Positions 1-13,255 of a stretch of DNA of 64,000 bases are shown piece by piece. The notes under the pieces are model-generated. The model was given only the letters and a program-made list of their open reading frames with translations. It was not told the DNA's origin and ran no database searches. Origin of the DNA: Chara braunii. Its lineage: Eukaryota; Plantae; Charophyceae. The position numbers and the translations under genes were made by a program. Where the stretch lies: the NCBI GenBank assembly GCA_003427395.1, contig BFEA01000013.1, forward strand, positions 2,867,584 through 2,931,583. The letters are read 5' to 3'. The first letter of the stretch is position 1, and each line of letters begins with the position of its first letter.

Positions 1-142
1 TCAGTCAAGGTGAGATACACATAAGTGGCAAATCACACAAAAAGTGTAGCATACACACGACACACCACACAGGAGAGAGAGACTTAGAACCGAGCGAAGG
101 TATGCATCAAAAAAATAATAAACATGGTAACACAGACGCAAC

Positions 143-205
143 TTAGGCGACAAGACCCTACACCGTGTTTCTGTCGGTCGCCTGTTGGGCTTCATCAGGG
201 GTCAA
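143..205 (-). ncRNA. Candidate type I hammerhead ribozyme (minimal, Penelope-type; stem II imperfect)
   Basis: Minus strand reads gaccc-CUGAUGA-agcccaacaggcgaccgaca-GAAA-cacggu-GUA-ggguc. Stem I is gaccc/ggguc (203-199 with 158-154), stem III is short and near-palindromic (ACAcggUGU), and the cleavage triplet is GUA. It lies ~500 nt 3' of a Penelope-like RT fragment. Confidence 0.55.
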
Positions 206-621
206 CTAATACCTAGCGCAAGATGGACTGAGAGGTCTGTTACGGAAGTACTTATCAAGCTCATCCTACAATAGAACTGGCTCTCGGGCAAGGCAGGCCG
301 TCGACCTTACGAAGTCGTCGAAAATGGCACATCCCAAGCAGATACTTCGGGAATTTCTAAGACGAACCACCAAGCGATCAACAGTCAAAGTCGTCAGGTC
401 CCAAGTTCGAAGCGCCTCTAAATCCAAAAACCAGTCTTCTTGAACTACCCAGCAAAATAAAAAAATCACAAAAGGAAGGTCCTAAGTTCGAGTCAAAAAA
501 CTGGTCTTTCTGACCTACACAACGGAGAAAAAGTCACAAAAGCAAGTCCTAAGTTGAAATCAGAATGCCCACTATGCAACAATATCAAAACTGGTCCAAG
601 GTTCAAGGTCCGTCAAGTAAC

Positions 622-625
<4 letters not shown>

Positions 626-667
<42 letters not shown>
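626..667. repeat. (GA)n microsatellite
   Basis: Directly visible GA run. Confidence 0.95.
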
Positions 668-670
<3 letters not shown>

Positions 671-712
671 TTATAAGACTGAAAGAGAAAAATAAGAGAC
701 AAATGCCCACCC

Positions 713-1135
713 TTAGGTTAGAACACCGAACAAGGTTACGAGAGGAAGTGCCAATGTGTGGAAACATTGCACCCAGTGACTCCAATAGTCGTTCATCCTA
801 GAGGAAAAGTTTGTCAGACAGTTATCAAAATATTCATCAGGGAAATCCCTTGCCTGCAACTCCATCTGAAGAGTAAATAGGAAGCATGCATCAGCGCTTG
901 GTATCGTTGTCAATGCTTTAGCCCGATGAAGACATGCAGTAATGACTGACATTTTCTGTTGTTTGTCGGAGTACGAGCCAAAATCCTGTTGACACTGAAA
1001 CCGAATCCCTTCTTCAATGATGAAACGTTCATTCTTATGAATGGCCGCAACGAGCACCTTGCATGGCTGATTGAAGACCTTGATAACACATCCCAAAAAG
1101 TCTCATATATCACCTCAACTCGTCATCTCCAATAC
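713..1135 (-). pseudogene. Penelope-like retroelement reverse transcriptase, C-terminal fragment (RT motif 7 plus thumb)
   Basis: Frame reads YEDLVLEMTS*GDI*DFLGCVIKV...QDFGSYSDKQQKMSVITACLHRA...LQMELQARDFPDEYF. This fits the PLE pattern FL(G/D)...F.S......K..vi...l.RA...el...gYP. In-frame stops upstream; no GIY-YIG domain follows the thumb. Confidence 0.7.
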
Positions 1136-1366
1136 CAAATCTTCATATTTTGGCCCAGGCAGGCATCCTCTCCTTCAACTCTTTTGCCACGCCTGTGAGG
1201 GAAGTGCCTAGAGCGACTCTCACACAAGCAGTCTCCGGACAACTATCTTGGCACTGGCCAGCAACCTCTGCCATAGACACATGTGGTTTGGGAGTTTCTA
1301 TGTGGTGCACTCACTCTTCTCCACATGGTCTAGGGATAGGGGCAGTTGTGACCCCGGACAGATGCC

Positions 1367-4300
1367 CTCTTGGATGGCTTGAATCTTGTCCGACAACGGA
1401 CTGATGCCCTCCGGTGTGACAAAATGGCCCAAGTATTCCAGCTCTTGCAAGACAAATTTGCACTTGTCGCGGTCGGCTTTGTACTTAGGGCGGCGGAGCG
1501 TCAAGATGATCCTCCAGTGTCCGGCTATAGACGAGAATGTCGTCTAAGTAGACCAGCATGAACCGGTCCAGCATCGCAAGAAACTCGTTGGTCATTGCCG
1601 CTTGAAAGGTCGTCGGGGCGTTGGTGAGGCCAAAAGGCATGACCACACACTGGAAATGCCCGTACCCCGTCTTGACTGTGGATTTGTAGCGATCGTTCGG
1701 CCGGATCGAACTCTGATGTTATCCCGACTTCAAATCCAATTTAGAAAAATACTTCGCGCCACCTAATTGCTCAAGAAGATGGTCGATACGAGGAAGAGGC
1801 CCCGCATTCTTGACGGTTTGCGCGTTGAGCTTGCGGTAGTCAATGAACAATCGTAGATCTTTGTTTTTCTTCCGTACGAAGAGAACTGGTGCTCCATATG
1901 AGGAGCTACGAGGGCGGATCCAACCCTTGTCCAACAAGTCATCGAGCTGCGCGGTGAGGACCGTAAGCTCCTCCTCGCTCGTGCAAAAAATGCAACCTTT
2001 CGGTGGCACGACACCGGCCTCAAGAATGATCTCGTGAGAGATCGGCCGATCCGGCACCACACCGGTAGGTGACTCGAAGATGTCGACGAACTCGTCAAGC
2101 AACCGCACCACACGGGGGTCCGAAGACAAGTCCGTGGATGAAGAGTCGGCTACCACGACGGTCTGTAGGAAGCATAGGCCTATCTCATCGGGCTGCTCGT
2201 AAACACAAGTAGCCCAGAATGACTTGGTCGTCACCACTTGGCACCAAATTGAAGGGTGTGGAAGAGTAATAGTACACGACACTTCGGCGCCGAAGGCGTC
2301 CCGAACGGTAAGAGTCCGCCGGTGGAAGTTGACCGTGTGATCCGCACTTGCAAGCCAAGGCATTCCCAAAATAATGTCGAAGTCCGTGTCCAAAATGTCG
2401 AACGTCACCGGTTTGCATGCAAGAGGTGTGAAATATACCGGTACGGCCTCAATGTAGCGGTCGATAAGTTGTTGCGTCCTTCCGTCCACTAACCTGATCG
2501 CCGTCGGGTTTGCCTTCCTCCAAACTTGTGTGCCAAGGCCAGTCCTTTGCATAAAGGCTTGGCTCATGAAATTGCGAGACGCGCCGCTATCCAGCAAAGC
2601 GCTGTAGGACACTTGCCCAACTTGGATGCGGACATAGAGGAGCGATGCGTTGTTGTCATCGTACCGCTGCTTGCGAAACTCGCGGGCCACCTTGGTAACA
2701 TACGCAAGGATGTCCCCCACCGCAGCTTCTTCCTCCATCGGCGAAGTTGGTGGTGCATAGAAGGATAGATACGTGTGAAAATGAGCGCTACGCATTGCGG
2801 TCCCGACAATCAGCCCGTGGTCGGGAGCGGAAGCCATGCGAAATCCTCGGACGTGAGCGGGTCCAATACCTCTATGTTGAACTCGCGCGCCGAATCCCGT
2901 GAAGAACCACTTGAAGACGATAAGTTGCCGTTGTCGGACGGGGAAGATGCCGCACACACGTCTTGTCCTTGAGCACGAGTACCCAGCGTAGGAACGAGCC
3001 AGGCAGCATAGTCCTCGTAAGAATATAGAAGAGGACTATCGACTTTCGCACGTGCCTCGGAACGAAGGGCGGTCACCCGCAAAGTGACCGGTTCGAAGGC
3101 GTCGAGAGTGCCGTCGAGTCACTCCCGACGGTGCTGAAGTTCCCGATTTGCCCTTGCCTTTCAACGGGCAACCCACTGTGTCGTGGAGATCGCTGTTACA
3201 CCACAGACAATAGCGGAATCTCGTGCGTGCCTTGTACGCCTGTTCGGAGAGACCGTAGTGGGACCATGGGGCTCAAGCTGTGCTGTGCCGGGCCTGGGGA
3301 TAGATGCGGAGTTTATCTTCGTCTTGCCGCGTCCTCGGCCTTTGCTAGGGCGGCCACCATCCCGGGCGGCTGCGAGTCTGTCCCGTTCATTGGCAGACAC
3401 GGCCTCACTAGATTGGTCGGTTGGCGTTGTCGTCGCAACCACGACCACTTTTGGTCGATGCCGATCTCTGCTCGGGCCTGTCGCAGACGAACGGTGGAGG
3501 TTCTTAGCCTCCTTGTTCATGACAATAATCTGCACGACCTTGTCGAAGAGCTCCGCCGTTGCCGTCAGGGTGTCCTCGACGTGAGTCAAGGCGTTGCCCA
3601 ACGCCGGACACGACCTCGAGATGAAGTAGTGTTTGACGGCCTTGCCCATTTCAATATCTGGGACGAATATTAAGCGTTGGTACTCGACTATCTCGTCAAC
3701 ACTCGGCAGCGTGCCTTGTTCGAAGGTCGTCAACTTGTCCATTGCCTTGATCTTCGACGGTTCTACTTGGAACTGTTTATGCCACGCCGCCTTTAGATCA
3801 TCCCAGCTGATCTTGGTGTACTAGCCGGTAGCTACTACCCCATACTTGGACAAGAGATTGTCCAACCATGCTTGGCACGCGCCCCCCGACCGGGAGTATA
3901 AGTATGCGTGATGCTTGTCCTCACTGATGTGGTGTAGCTGCAACTTTAGCTCGAACTTGCCGAATCGGGTCCGTCTTCGTCGAATCGCAGAAGATCTCCT
4001 GATCATCGAACCTTGGAGTCGTCTCGTGCGGTGCCGAACTTGGGTTGGCAGCGGCAGCACAGATCCACTGTTCCAATTGTTGTGTGGCGGTTTGCTGTAG
4101 CTGCGTGTCGTCCTTGAGGGTTTCGACATCGATCTCCAATGCATTGAGGCGATCGGAGGTGTTGGAGGAGCTGGCATCGGGGGCGGCGGCGGGTCGTTGC
4201 TCCAGCTGCTGGAGGCGGCTGTTGAGTTGAGCCAACGCGTCGTCGAGGCTGTGGATGTCCTCTTGTTGTGTAATGCATGTTGCCAGGAGATCCGTGAGAT

Positions 4301-4655
4301 GGGAGAGGAGTAGAGCGATCTTGCTTTCACTCTCTTCCATCTTACCATACTCGGCCTCGGCCGGCCAGTCCGCTGCCATTGTGAGCAAAGCTCGCTCTCC
4401 GCTGAATATCTTCTCGCGTCATTGAATTCATTCTTCATCGGCAGCCTTTGTTGTGGCCTCGTCTTGCTGGCGCTGCTGTTCGATTGCCAACAGATGTGCC
4501 TCCTCGGCGTCCTCGGCCTTCTTCTTCTCTGCGGCTGCTGCCTCGTCCGCCCGTTTCTTGGCTTCGGTAAATAAAGCCGTCATCCGGTCCTGATAGGCCT
4601 CGGCTGTTTCCCCGGGCTTCTGATCCATGCCGACTATTTGTAAGCGCGTGAGCAT
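1367..4655 (-). pseudogene. Element A gag-protease-RT, disrupted by stops and frameshifts
   Basis: ORF pieces 4428-4655, 3921-4388, 3161-3742, 2810-3082, 1719-2957 and 1298-1504 are collinear with the element B polyprotein. Confidence 0.9.
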
Positions 4656-5551
4656 AGATCAGGCCGGAGGACTGCTGACGTGGCACTCCCTGCTGCTGTC
4701 GTGGTACTGCTGTCGGCTGACGTGTCCTACTGACGTGGCCTGCCGATGTGGTCTGCTGACGTGGCCTGCTGACATGGCCTGTTGACGTGGCAACTTACCA
4801 ATGCTGCCGCAGGGGGTACCCGGAGACAGATAGAGAAGATAAGGCCAGAGGGCGGAACAACATAGGTGGGGAGGGATGGGTGGGATAAACCGCCAAGGAG
4901 CCACTAATCAAAAAGAAAAGTTTGAACTTCGCAAAAAAAATTCGAGAAAATAAGAATCCCAAGTTTTGCAAGTTCAGTTGGTCTCCCAATCTCCCTTGAA
5001 GTGTCAATGAGAAAAATTTTCGAACTTTCAGCCTTCCAATGATTATCAGATAGTGAAAATCGTAGAACTGCGAAATAAAAGAATTCCGAAAAAAAAAAAA
5101 TAAAAAAAATCTGAATTACTTAGATGAGAGTATGCGCAGTTTGGAAAATGATAACTACAAGAGAGATTTCCCGTACCGTTTTCAAAAAAACGAGTTTCAG
5201 AAGAAAAAAAATATATATTCCGGATTTCCAAATAACGGGAACTTGCAAAAGGAAATCGAATTTTTCGAAAAAAAAGATATTTCAGATTTCCAACAACGAA
5301 CTTTTGAATTTTCAGAAGAAAAATGAAAACGGAAATTTCAGGTGTTGCGCTATTGTGATTTTCCACAATAGAAATAGCGGGAAAACAAAATCCAAGAAAA
5401 GAAAAAAAATTTGATTTTCGGCAGTGAGGTCAAAATCGTGATTTTGGGTGCTAATTAGTGTGCTCTAATCAATCAATCAATCAATCAAGACTAATCAACT
5501 AATTAGTCCCAGGACACGTGTCGGATCAGGTTGTCCTAATTCACGTGCGGT

Positions 5552-5563
5552 ATTCCGATACCA
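5552..5563 (-). promoter_or_regulatory. Primer-binding site of element A (tRNA-iMet-like)
   Basis: TGGTATCGGAAT on the minus strand, 2 nt after the LTR end; resembles the canonical TGGTATCAGAGC. Confidence 0.8.
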
Positions 5564-6269
5564 ACTGTTAAATGCCTAGTTGGGCGATGTACATATATAA
5601 CCGAGGATCCGCAATGTGATGAAAAGGACTGAATGGACAATGCAGTGCTAGTGGAATCTCAACAAGCAGTGTACATCCTGATACATAGAAAAATGGTGCT
5701 TTGTAGCGCATTGGAAGACTTAGATATAAGTCTTGACCTGACGGGGACTGACCTCTATCACGTAGTGCAAGACAGCGCAGCAGAATGCTAACCCAATCAA
5801 TGTAGCAACGCAGACCAAACATACATCATCCTCATCACAAGGTGTGAAGGGGCTTGGCACTACACACAGGAAGAATGCGCCAGGTCCAGATCATGCACAG
5901 ACAAAGAGGAGGGGAACGGACGAAGACGAGGGGGAGAGATGGGAATGTCGTCAACACCAAGTCTTCGTTACAAGTCCCAAATAATCCCTCGTCAAGATGT
6001 CTGAAGAACAATGTCGAGTCTGGATCCAAATGTCACCAATCCCGCTCTCTCGTAGTCTGCTGATGCAGTGAAGTTAGGTAGCGAGATGGTGAGAGGGAGA
6101 TGGTGGACTGAGTAGAGGAAGAAGAAGAAATCTCTCTCTCTCATGTGCCAGGTACTAACCTGTGAAAATGGCGCTGTGGTGCAGGTACCTCGAAGACGAA
6201 GCTGGAGCTATGGCGCTGCAGGTAAGTCTCCCNGGCCTCCGCCCAATCTCTCTCTCTCGCCAATACTAC

Positions 6270-6959
6270 TGTTACATGCCAAGATGGGCGATGTACATAA
6301 TAACTGAGGATCCGCAATGTGATAAAAAGGACTGAACGGACACTGCAATGCAAGTGGAATCTCAACAAGCAATGTGCATTTCGATACATACAGAATGGTG
6401 CTTGATAGCGCAGGGAAGACTTAGATACAAATCCTGACCTGACCGGGACTGACCTCTATTATGTAGTGCAAGATAGCGCAACAGAATACAAGAATACTAA
6501 TGACTAGCCCAATCAATGTTGCAAAGCAGACCAAACATACGTCATTCTCATGCCTGGCGCTATACACAGGAAGAGGGCGCCAGGTCCAGACATGCACAGA
6601 CGAAGAGGAGGGGATCAGACGAAGACGAGGGGAGAGATGGGAAAGTCGTCAACACCAAGTCTCGTTACAAGTCCCACATAATCCCTCGTCAAAATGTATG
6701 AAGTCGAATGTCGATTCTGGATTCGAAATGTCACCAAGCTCTCACTCTCTCTCTCATAGTCTGCTGATGCAGTGAAGTCAACGAGAGGATGAGAGGGAGG
6801 TGGTGGACTGAGAAGAGGCAGAAGAAGAACTCTCTCTCTCTCTCTCTCTCTCTNNNNNNNNNNNNNNNNNNNNNNNNNNNNNNNNNNNNNNNNNNNNNNN
6901 NNNNNNNNNNNNNNNNNNNNNNNNNNNNNNNNNNNNNNNNNNNNNNNNNNNNNNNNNNN

Positions 6960-7020
<61 letters not shown>

Positions 7021-7710
7021 ATGCCAGGTACTAACCTGTGAAGATGGCGTTGTGTTGCAGGTACCTCCAAGACGAAGCTGGAGCAACGGCATTGCAGGTA
7101 AGTATCCCTGGCCTCCGCCCAATCTCTCTCTCTCTAGTGCTATCCTAGCTATGGCGCCCAACACTGAAGACTACAGCTACGCTACTAGCGCCCAGCGCTG
7201 AAGACTAATGCTAACGCTACTACTACTACTGCAATGCTCCTCCAGAGTGCTGCTGCCGAATCTTGAAGACTACTGACTGCCTCCTGCCTACCCGTAAGTG
7301 CATGGGAAGTCCCTATGTACTATCTCGGCCTGCCTCCTGACTGCCTCCGACTGCCTGCAGTTGCAGGGCAGGCAGTCCAGGAGGCTGCTCTTGCCAATGC
7401 CGCACTGAGCCAGGGGCTGGCGCTGCAACTGTCGTGGGAACAGGCCAAAAACAGCCTGTTCCTAAAACCGTGGTTTGGTGCCTGAGTTTCGGGGCAGGTC
7501 GGTCCGATGAGGGCCGGAAAATGGCCCTCAGTTTCAGGCTAAAAGGGCTCGTGTCGTTTTTATTCTAAAACGACACAGGGCCTGTAGACCCTGTTTCCAG
7601 CTTTTGGAGCTGAACAGACACGGGGCCTGTAGGCCCTAAATTTCAGGCTTTCAGCCTGAAGGACGCAGGGCCTGGAAAATGGCCCTCGTGTGCAGTCGCA
7701 GCATGTAACA
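6270..7710 (-). repeat. 3' LTR of element B (contains a (CT)n tract and an N gap)
   Basis: Collinear with 13979-15286, bounded by TGTTACA...TGTAACA, adjacent to the PPT. Confidence 0.92.
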
Positions 7711-7723
7711 CCCCCCCCTCCTT
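7711..7723 (-). promoter_or_regulatory. Polypurine tract of element B
   Basis: AAGGAGGGGGGGG on the minus strand, immediately before the TG start of the 3' LTR. Confidence 0.9.
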
Positions 7724-10700
7724 ATGAAGTCAAGCCGGGGCGAGGGCGAAGCTGACGATCTGAAGGTGGAACCTGGACGCAGGCGCGGCGTGGAGCCGAA
7801 GAGCCCGGCTTGCCTTGCATCTTGCGTTCATAGTGTGCGAGAACGTCTGGAGCTGTTGCTTGAAGTTCCGCACGGGTCAACCAACGGTCAGCTCGATGTG
7901 TGCAGTATGCAAAATGTACCAAGTACTCGGTTGGCCTGTTGCCGTAGCGTCGTTGGGAGATGATGTCGCCGACCTCCTGAAAACCGTCCATAGAGGGTGG
8001 GTCTTGCGAACGTTTCGCGGGAAAATCGTCATGTTCCGCTGGCGTGTAAAGAGCCAACTTGGAGCAATGAAAGACTGGGTAGACGGGCAAGTGGGCGGGC
8101 ACCTGAATAGTGAAGGAAGGTCCCTCGGGTGCATCCCCAGCGGGTGCCACGATCGGCCAAGGCCCCATCCATTTCGGGAGGAGCTTGCGAGAGATATCTT
8201 GTTCAAGGCTGAATTCCGCGGCGAAGACCCAAACGAGATCGCCGACGCGGAATGGGCAAGGAAGACGCTGGCGATTGGCCTGTTGGCTCATGCGTTGCTG
8301 CGCCTTGGCCATCTGGTCGCGTGCCCTGACCAGTAGCTCTTGCATCCGACGCAAGAAAAGAAGATGGTCGTCGCTCTCGGCCGTTCGTGGAGTGATGGTG
8401 TCCAACGGCGAAGTGACCGGCGAGCCGTGCTCGAACGCGAAGGGCGACATCCCGATAGCCGGGTGGATGGAGGAGTTGTAGGCCAACTCGACACCTGGCA
8501 GCCGCTTAACCCAATCTTTTTGGTCGGGACGGATGAGAGTGCGAAGGAGAACCCGTGCGGTCTGATGCGCCCTCTCCGTTTGGCCATCGGTTTGGGGGTG
8601 GCAAGCCGAACTTGGCTTGAGAGATGAGTCCCATCGTTTGATGAGCGCCAACCAAAAGTCGGACATGAACCGAGTGTCGCGGTCGCTGACGATTTCCTTG
8701 GGGTAACCCTTGGTTCGAATCCAACCGGCGTAAAGAACCTCGACCAACTCCGGTGCCTTGGCATGATAGCGGCAAGGCAAAAACATGGCGACTTGGTGAG
8801 TCGGTCGACCACCGTGAGAATCCCATCCACTCCTGTCTTGTGCTTGGGGAACGGGTCGGTAATGTCCATGGCAATCGCTTCCCTTCGCCGCAAGGGGACC
8901 GGTAATGGTCGCAACTCGTCGTACGGACGATGATTGCGGGATTTGCAACGCCGACAAACCTCGCATGACTCGCAATAGTGTGTGACGTCGTCGAGAAGAC
9001 CGGGCCACCAAAAGCGCTCGCGGAGTCGGCCAATCGTACGACTGACGCCAAAGTGTCCGGTGGGGGGAGCGTCGTGGAACTCGCTAAGAAGCCGTGTGCG
9101 TAAGTGTAAATCTCGTGGCACACAAAGAAGATCCTTCCCCAGCGAGTGGACGAGCAAGTACCCCTCTTGGATCCGGTAGTGTGATGGCGCCGGATTAGGA
9201 GAAGAGCAATTTGCATACTTGTCGCAAAACTCGGGGTCGACTTGGTAGCCGCGGATGAAGCTGTCCCGCAAGTCGTCGTCAATCTCAAAAGTCGAGTAGA
9301 CTACGGTACAATGGTCCGGACGCCGCGAAAGAGCATCCGCAAAACGGTTTGACTTGCCCGGAATGTGGTCGGGGAAAAGGTCAAACTGGTCGATGAAGGC
9401 CATCCAACGGGCAATGGTGCGATTGACCGTGTCTTGGGTCTTGTAGAAGACCGATGGGTTGTTATCCGTTACCCATCGGAACTGCCGTCGACGGAGAAGA
9501 AAATGCCGTCAGCGCTTGAGCGCGTGTACGAAGGCCAATAATTTCTTCTCCCGTGCGTCGCCAATCGAGTGCACGACGGGCACCTTCTTGCTAAAGTACT
9601 CGATTGGGTGCCAGTCCACACCATCATGTTGCTCGAGGACGGCACCAATGCCATCGCCGGACGCATCGGTAGTGACACGTGTCGACAAAAGCGGATCGTA
9701 CATGCGCAACACCTCCGCGGATAACAATGCGGCTTTGAGAGCCAAAAATGAAGTCCGCGCATGGTCGTTGAAGTCGAATGACCGGTCCTCGCATTGAAGC
9801 TTGGATAAAGGAGCTGCGATCTTCGAGTATCCCTTGATGAAGCGTTGATAGTACCCGGCTAAGCCAAGGAAGGAACGGACATTTGTGACGGTCTTCGGCT
9901 CCGGCCACTCTTGGATGGCTTGAATCTTGTCCGACAACGGACTGATGCCCTCCAGTGTGACAAAATGGCCCAAGTATTCCAGCTCTTGTTGGACAAATTC
10001 CCACTTGTCGGGGTTGGCTTTGTACTTGGCGCGGCGGAGCGTCTCCAACACGCATCGAAGGTGCTCAAGATGATCCTCCAGTGTCCGTCTATAGACGAGG
10101 ATGTCGTCTAAGTAGACTAGTACGAACCGGTTCAGCATCGCATGAAACTCGTTGGTCATTGCCGCTTGAAAGGTCGCCGGGGCATTGGTGAGGCCAAAAG
10201 GCATAACGATCCACTCAAAATGCCCGTACCGCGTCTTGAACGCGGATTTGTATCAATCTTGCGGGGGTATCGAGATTTGATGGTAGCCCGACTTCAAGTC
10301 CAACTTTGAGAAAAATTTTGCGCCGCCCAAACGCTCGAGAAGGTCATCAATCCGCGGAAGAGGTCCCTCATTCTTGACGGTTTGTGCGTTGAGCTTGCGG
10401 TAGTCGATGCACAAGCGAAAATCCTTGTTCTTCTTCTGTACGAAGAGAACCGGCGCACCGTATGGTGAGCTACTAGGGCAGATCCAACCCTTGTCCAAAA
10501 GATCGTCGAGTTGAGCACGGAGAACCTCAAGCTCTTCCTCGCTCATGCGATAGATGCATCTTTTCGGCAGCATGGCACCCGCCTCAAGAATGATCTCGTG
10601 GGAGATCGGCCGATCCGACACCACACCGGTAGGAGACTCGAAGATGTCGGTGAACTCGTCGAGCAGCGGCACCACTCGGGGGTCCGAAGACAAGTTCGTA

Positions 10701-13255
10701 GGTGAAGATTCGGTCGTCGCGGCGGCTCGTAGAAAACATAGACCTATCTCGTCGGTCCGCTCGTAAGCGCAAGTGGCCCGAAAAGACTTGGCCGTTACAA
10801 CTTGGCACCGAATCGAGGAGTGCGGAAGAGGAATGGTACATGGTACCTCGACGCCGAAGGCGTCTCAAACGGTAAGTGTTCGATGATGGAAGTTAACCGT
10901 GTGATCCGCACTTGCAAGCCAAGGCATGCCCAATATAATGTCGAAGCCCGTGTCCAAGACGTCAAACATCACCGGTTCGCATGCATGAGGTGCAAAATAA
11001 ACCGGCACGGCTTGAATGTAGCAATCGAGGAGTTGTTGCGTCCGACTGTCCGCCAACTTGATCGCCGTCGGGTTTGGCTCCCTTCGAACTTGTGCGCCAA
11101 CACCGGCCCTTTGGATAAAGGACTGGCTGATGAAATTGCGAGTCGCGCCGTTATCATCGTACCGCTGCATGCGAAACTCGCGGGCCACCTTGGTAACATA
11201 CGCAAGGATGTCCCCCACCGCAGCTTCGTCATTCGTCGACAAAGATGGTGGTGCATAGAAGGCTAAGTATATGTGGAGATGGGCGCATAGTGCTGCGCAT
11301 TGCGGTCCCGACAAGCAGCCTGTGGAAGGGAGAGGAAGCCATGCAAAGTCGTCGGACGTCAACGGGTCCAAGACTTCTATGTTGAACTCGTGCGTCGAAT
11401 CCCTTGAAGAGCCACTTGAAGACGATCTATTGTTGCTGTTGCCGGACGGAGAAGAAGCCGCACACACATCTTGTCCTTGAGCTTGAGAACCCAGCGAAGG
11501 AACGAGCCAGGCAGCATAGTCCTCATAAGAATACAAGAGAGGACTGTCGACTTCCGCATGTGCCTCGGAATGAAGAGAGGTCGAAGGCGTTGAGAGTGCA
11601 GCCGCATCACTCTCGGCGGTGCTCACTTTCCCGAAGGGGATTTGGCTTGGTGTGGAGCACGTTGCGGTGTCGTGCACCGTGCTGTTGCACCACAAGCAGT
11701 ATCGGTACTTAGACCGGATGCGGTACACGCCTTCCGAGATACCGTAATGTGTCCAAGGCTCTTGAGGTGCTGGTCCGGCCCCGGGGGCTGAATTGGTGTG
11801 TGTGTTCGGTTTGCCGCGTCCTCGCCCTCTGGCGGGGCGGCCACCATCCCGGGCGACTGCCAATCTGTCTCCTTCCTCAGAAGAGGCAGCCTCGTTTGAC
11901 GGGTCGGTCGCTGTAGTTGCTGCGACCACGGCCACTTCCGGCCGATGTTGTCCTCTGCCCTGGTCTGCAGCAGACGAATGACCCAAATTCTTGGCTTCAA
12001 TGTTCGTCACGATGATTTGTGAGGCCTTATCAAAAAGCTGCTCACTTGTGGTGAGCGTCTCCGCAACTTGCGTCAAGGCGTTCTGCAACGCAGGGCAGCT
12101 CCTCCTGATGAAGAAGTGCTTGATAACGACAAATGTCGACGGCAAGTTGGGAGTGGATGCCAAGCGTTGGTAATCGGTGATCCAGTCCGTGCTTGGCAGG
12201 TTGTTCTGATAGCACCGTTGAAGTTTCTCGGCTGCCTGAAGCTCGAGCGGCTCCACTTGGAACCGCTTATGCCATGCTGCCTTGAGATCAGCCCAGCTGA
12301 TATTCGTATGCAGCTCGGAGACTGTGACGTTGTGCGTGGACAACATGTTGTCCAGCCATGCCTGGCACGCGCCTCCCGAGCGGGAGTATAAGTATGCGTG
12401 CCGGTTCAGGTTGATGACGTGGTGAATGTCCAACTTCAGCTCAAACTGGCTCCACCATGGGATCGGGTCCGTCTTCGTTGCATCGCAGAAGATCGGGAGG
12501 CCGTCAAACTTCGGAATGCTCTCGCGATTGGTCGCAGGTGGACTGGCTGCGGCAGCGCAAATCCGCTGGTCAATCCGCTGATTTGTCGTTAACGCGCGGT
12601 CCTTGAGAGTCTCGACATCGATTTCCAAGACGTTGACGCGATCCATCAAGTTGGAGGGTCCGGCGGGGGTGGCTGTTGCAAGCTGCTGTTCCAGCCGGCG
12701 TACCCGGTCCAGCAGTTTATCAATAGTTCGAATCTGCTTCCGGACCAGGATGTCCATGCAGAGGATGTCCTCTTCCTGTGCTGCACAGGTGGCGACCAAA
12801 TCGCTCACATGTTCGATTGTGGTTGCAGGGCCACCCATAGCAGAGGGGGCACCCTCCTCTTCAGCAGCCACTGCCCATTCGCCAGCGATCACCTCGATAT
12901 CCCCCTCACATTCGAGGAGTTTGTCTCGGCGTGGTCGACGGCGTTCGTCTGCGGCCTTTGCCGCTACCTCAGCGTCCGCCTGTTGCTGCTGTTCAGCGAG
13001 GCGACGCTGTTCCTCTGCTTCCTCATCTTCCTTCTTACGTGCGGAGGTTGCCGCAGCTGCCCGTTGCTTGTACTCTGCTACCATGTCCAGCATGCGGGCC
13101 TCATAGGCCTCGGTGGTCTCGCCTGGCTGCTGCTCCATGCCGCTTGTCTTTGGGCGGGTGAACACCATGCACTGACGTGACCTGCTGCTGCGGTGAATGG
13201 TTGCTGACGTGGCACTGCTGCCGTGTACTGCTGACGTGGCCTGCTGACGTGGCAA
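7722..13255 (-). pseudogene. Element B gag-pol polyprotein (gag, zinc knuckle, defective protease, RT, RNase H, integrase, chromodomain)
   Basis: Zinc knuckle CLWCNSTVHDTATC; RT YLDDILVY; RNase H TDASG; integrase HDAPPTGH..CESCEVC, MDIT, SDRD, GQTER; GPW motif; chromodomain EVGDIISQRRYGNRPTEYLVHF..DRWL. Several stops and frameshifts. Confidence 0.93.
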
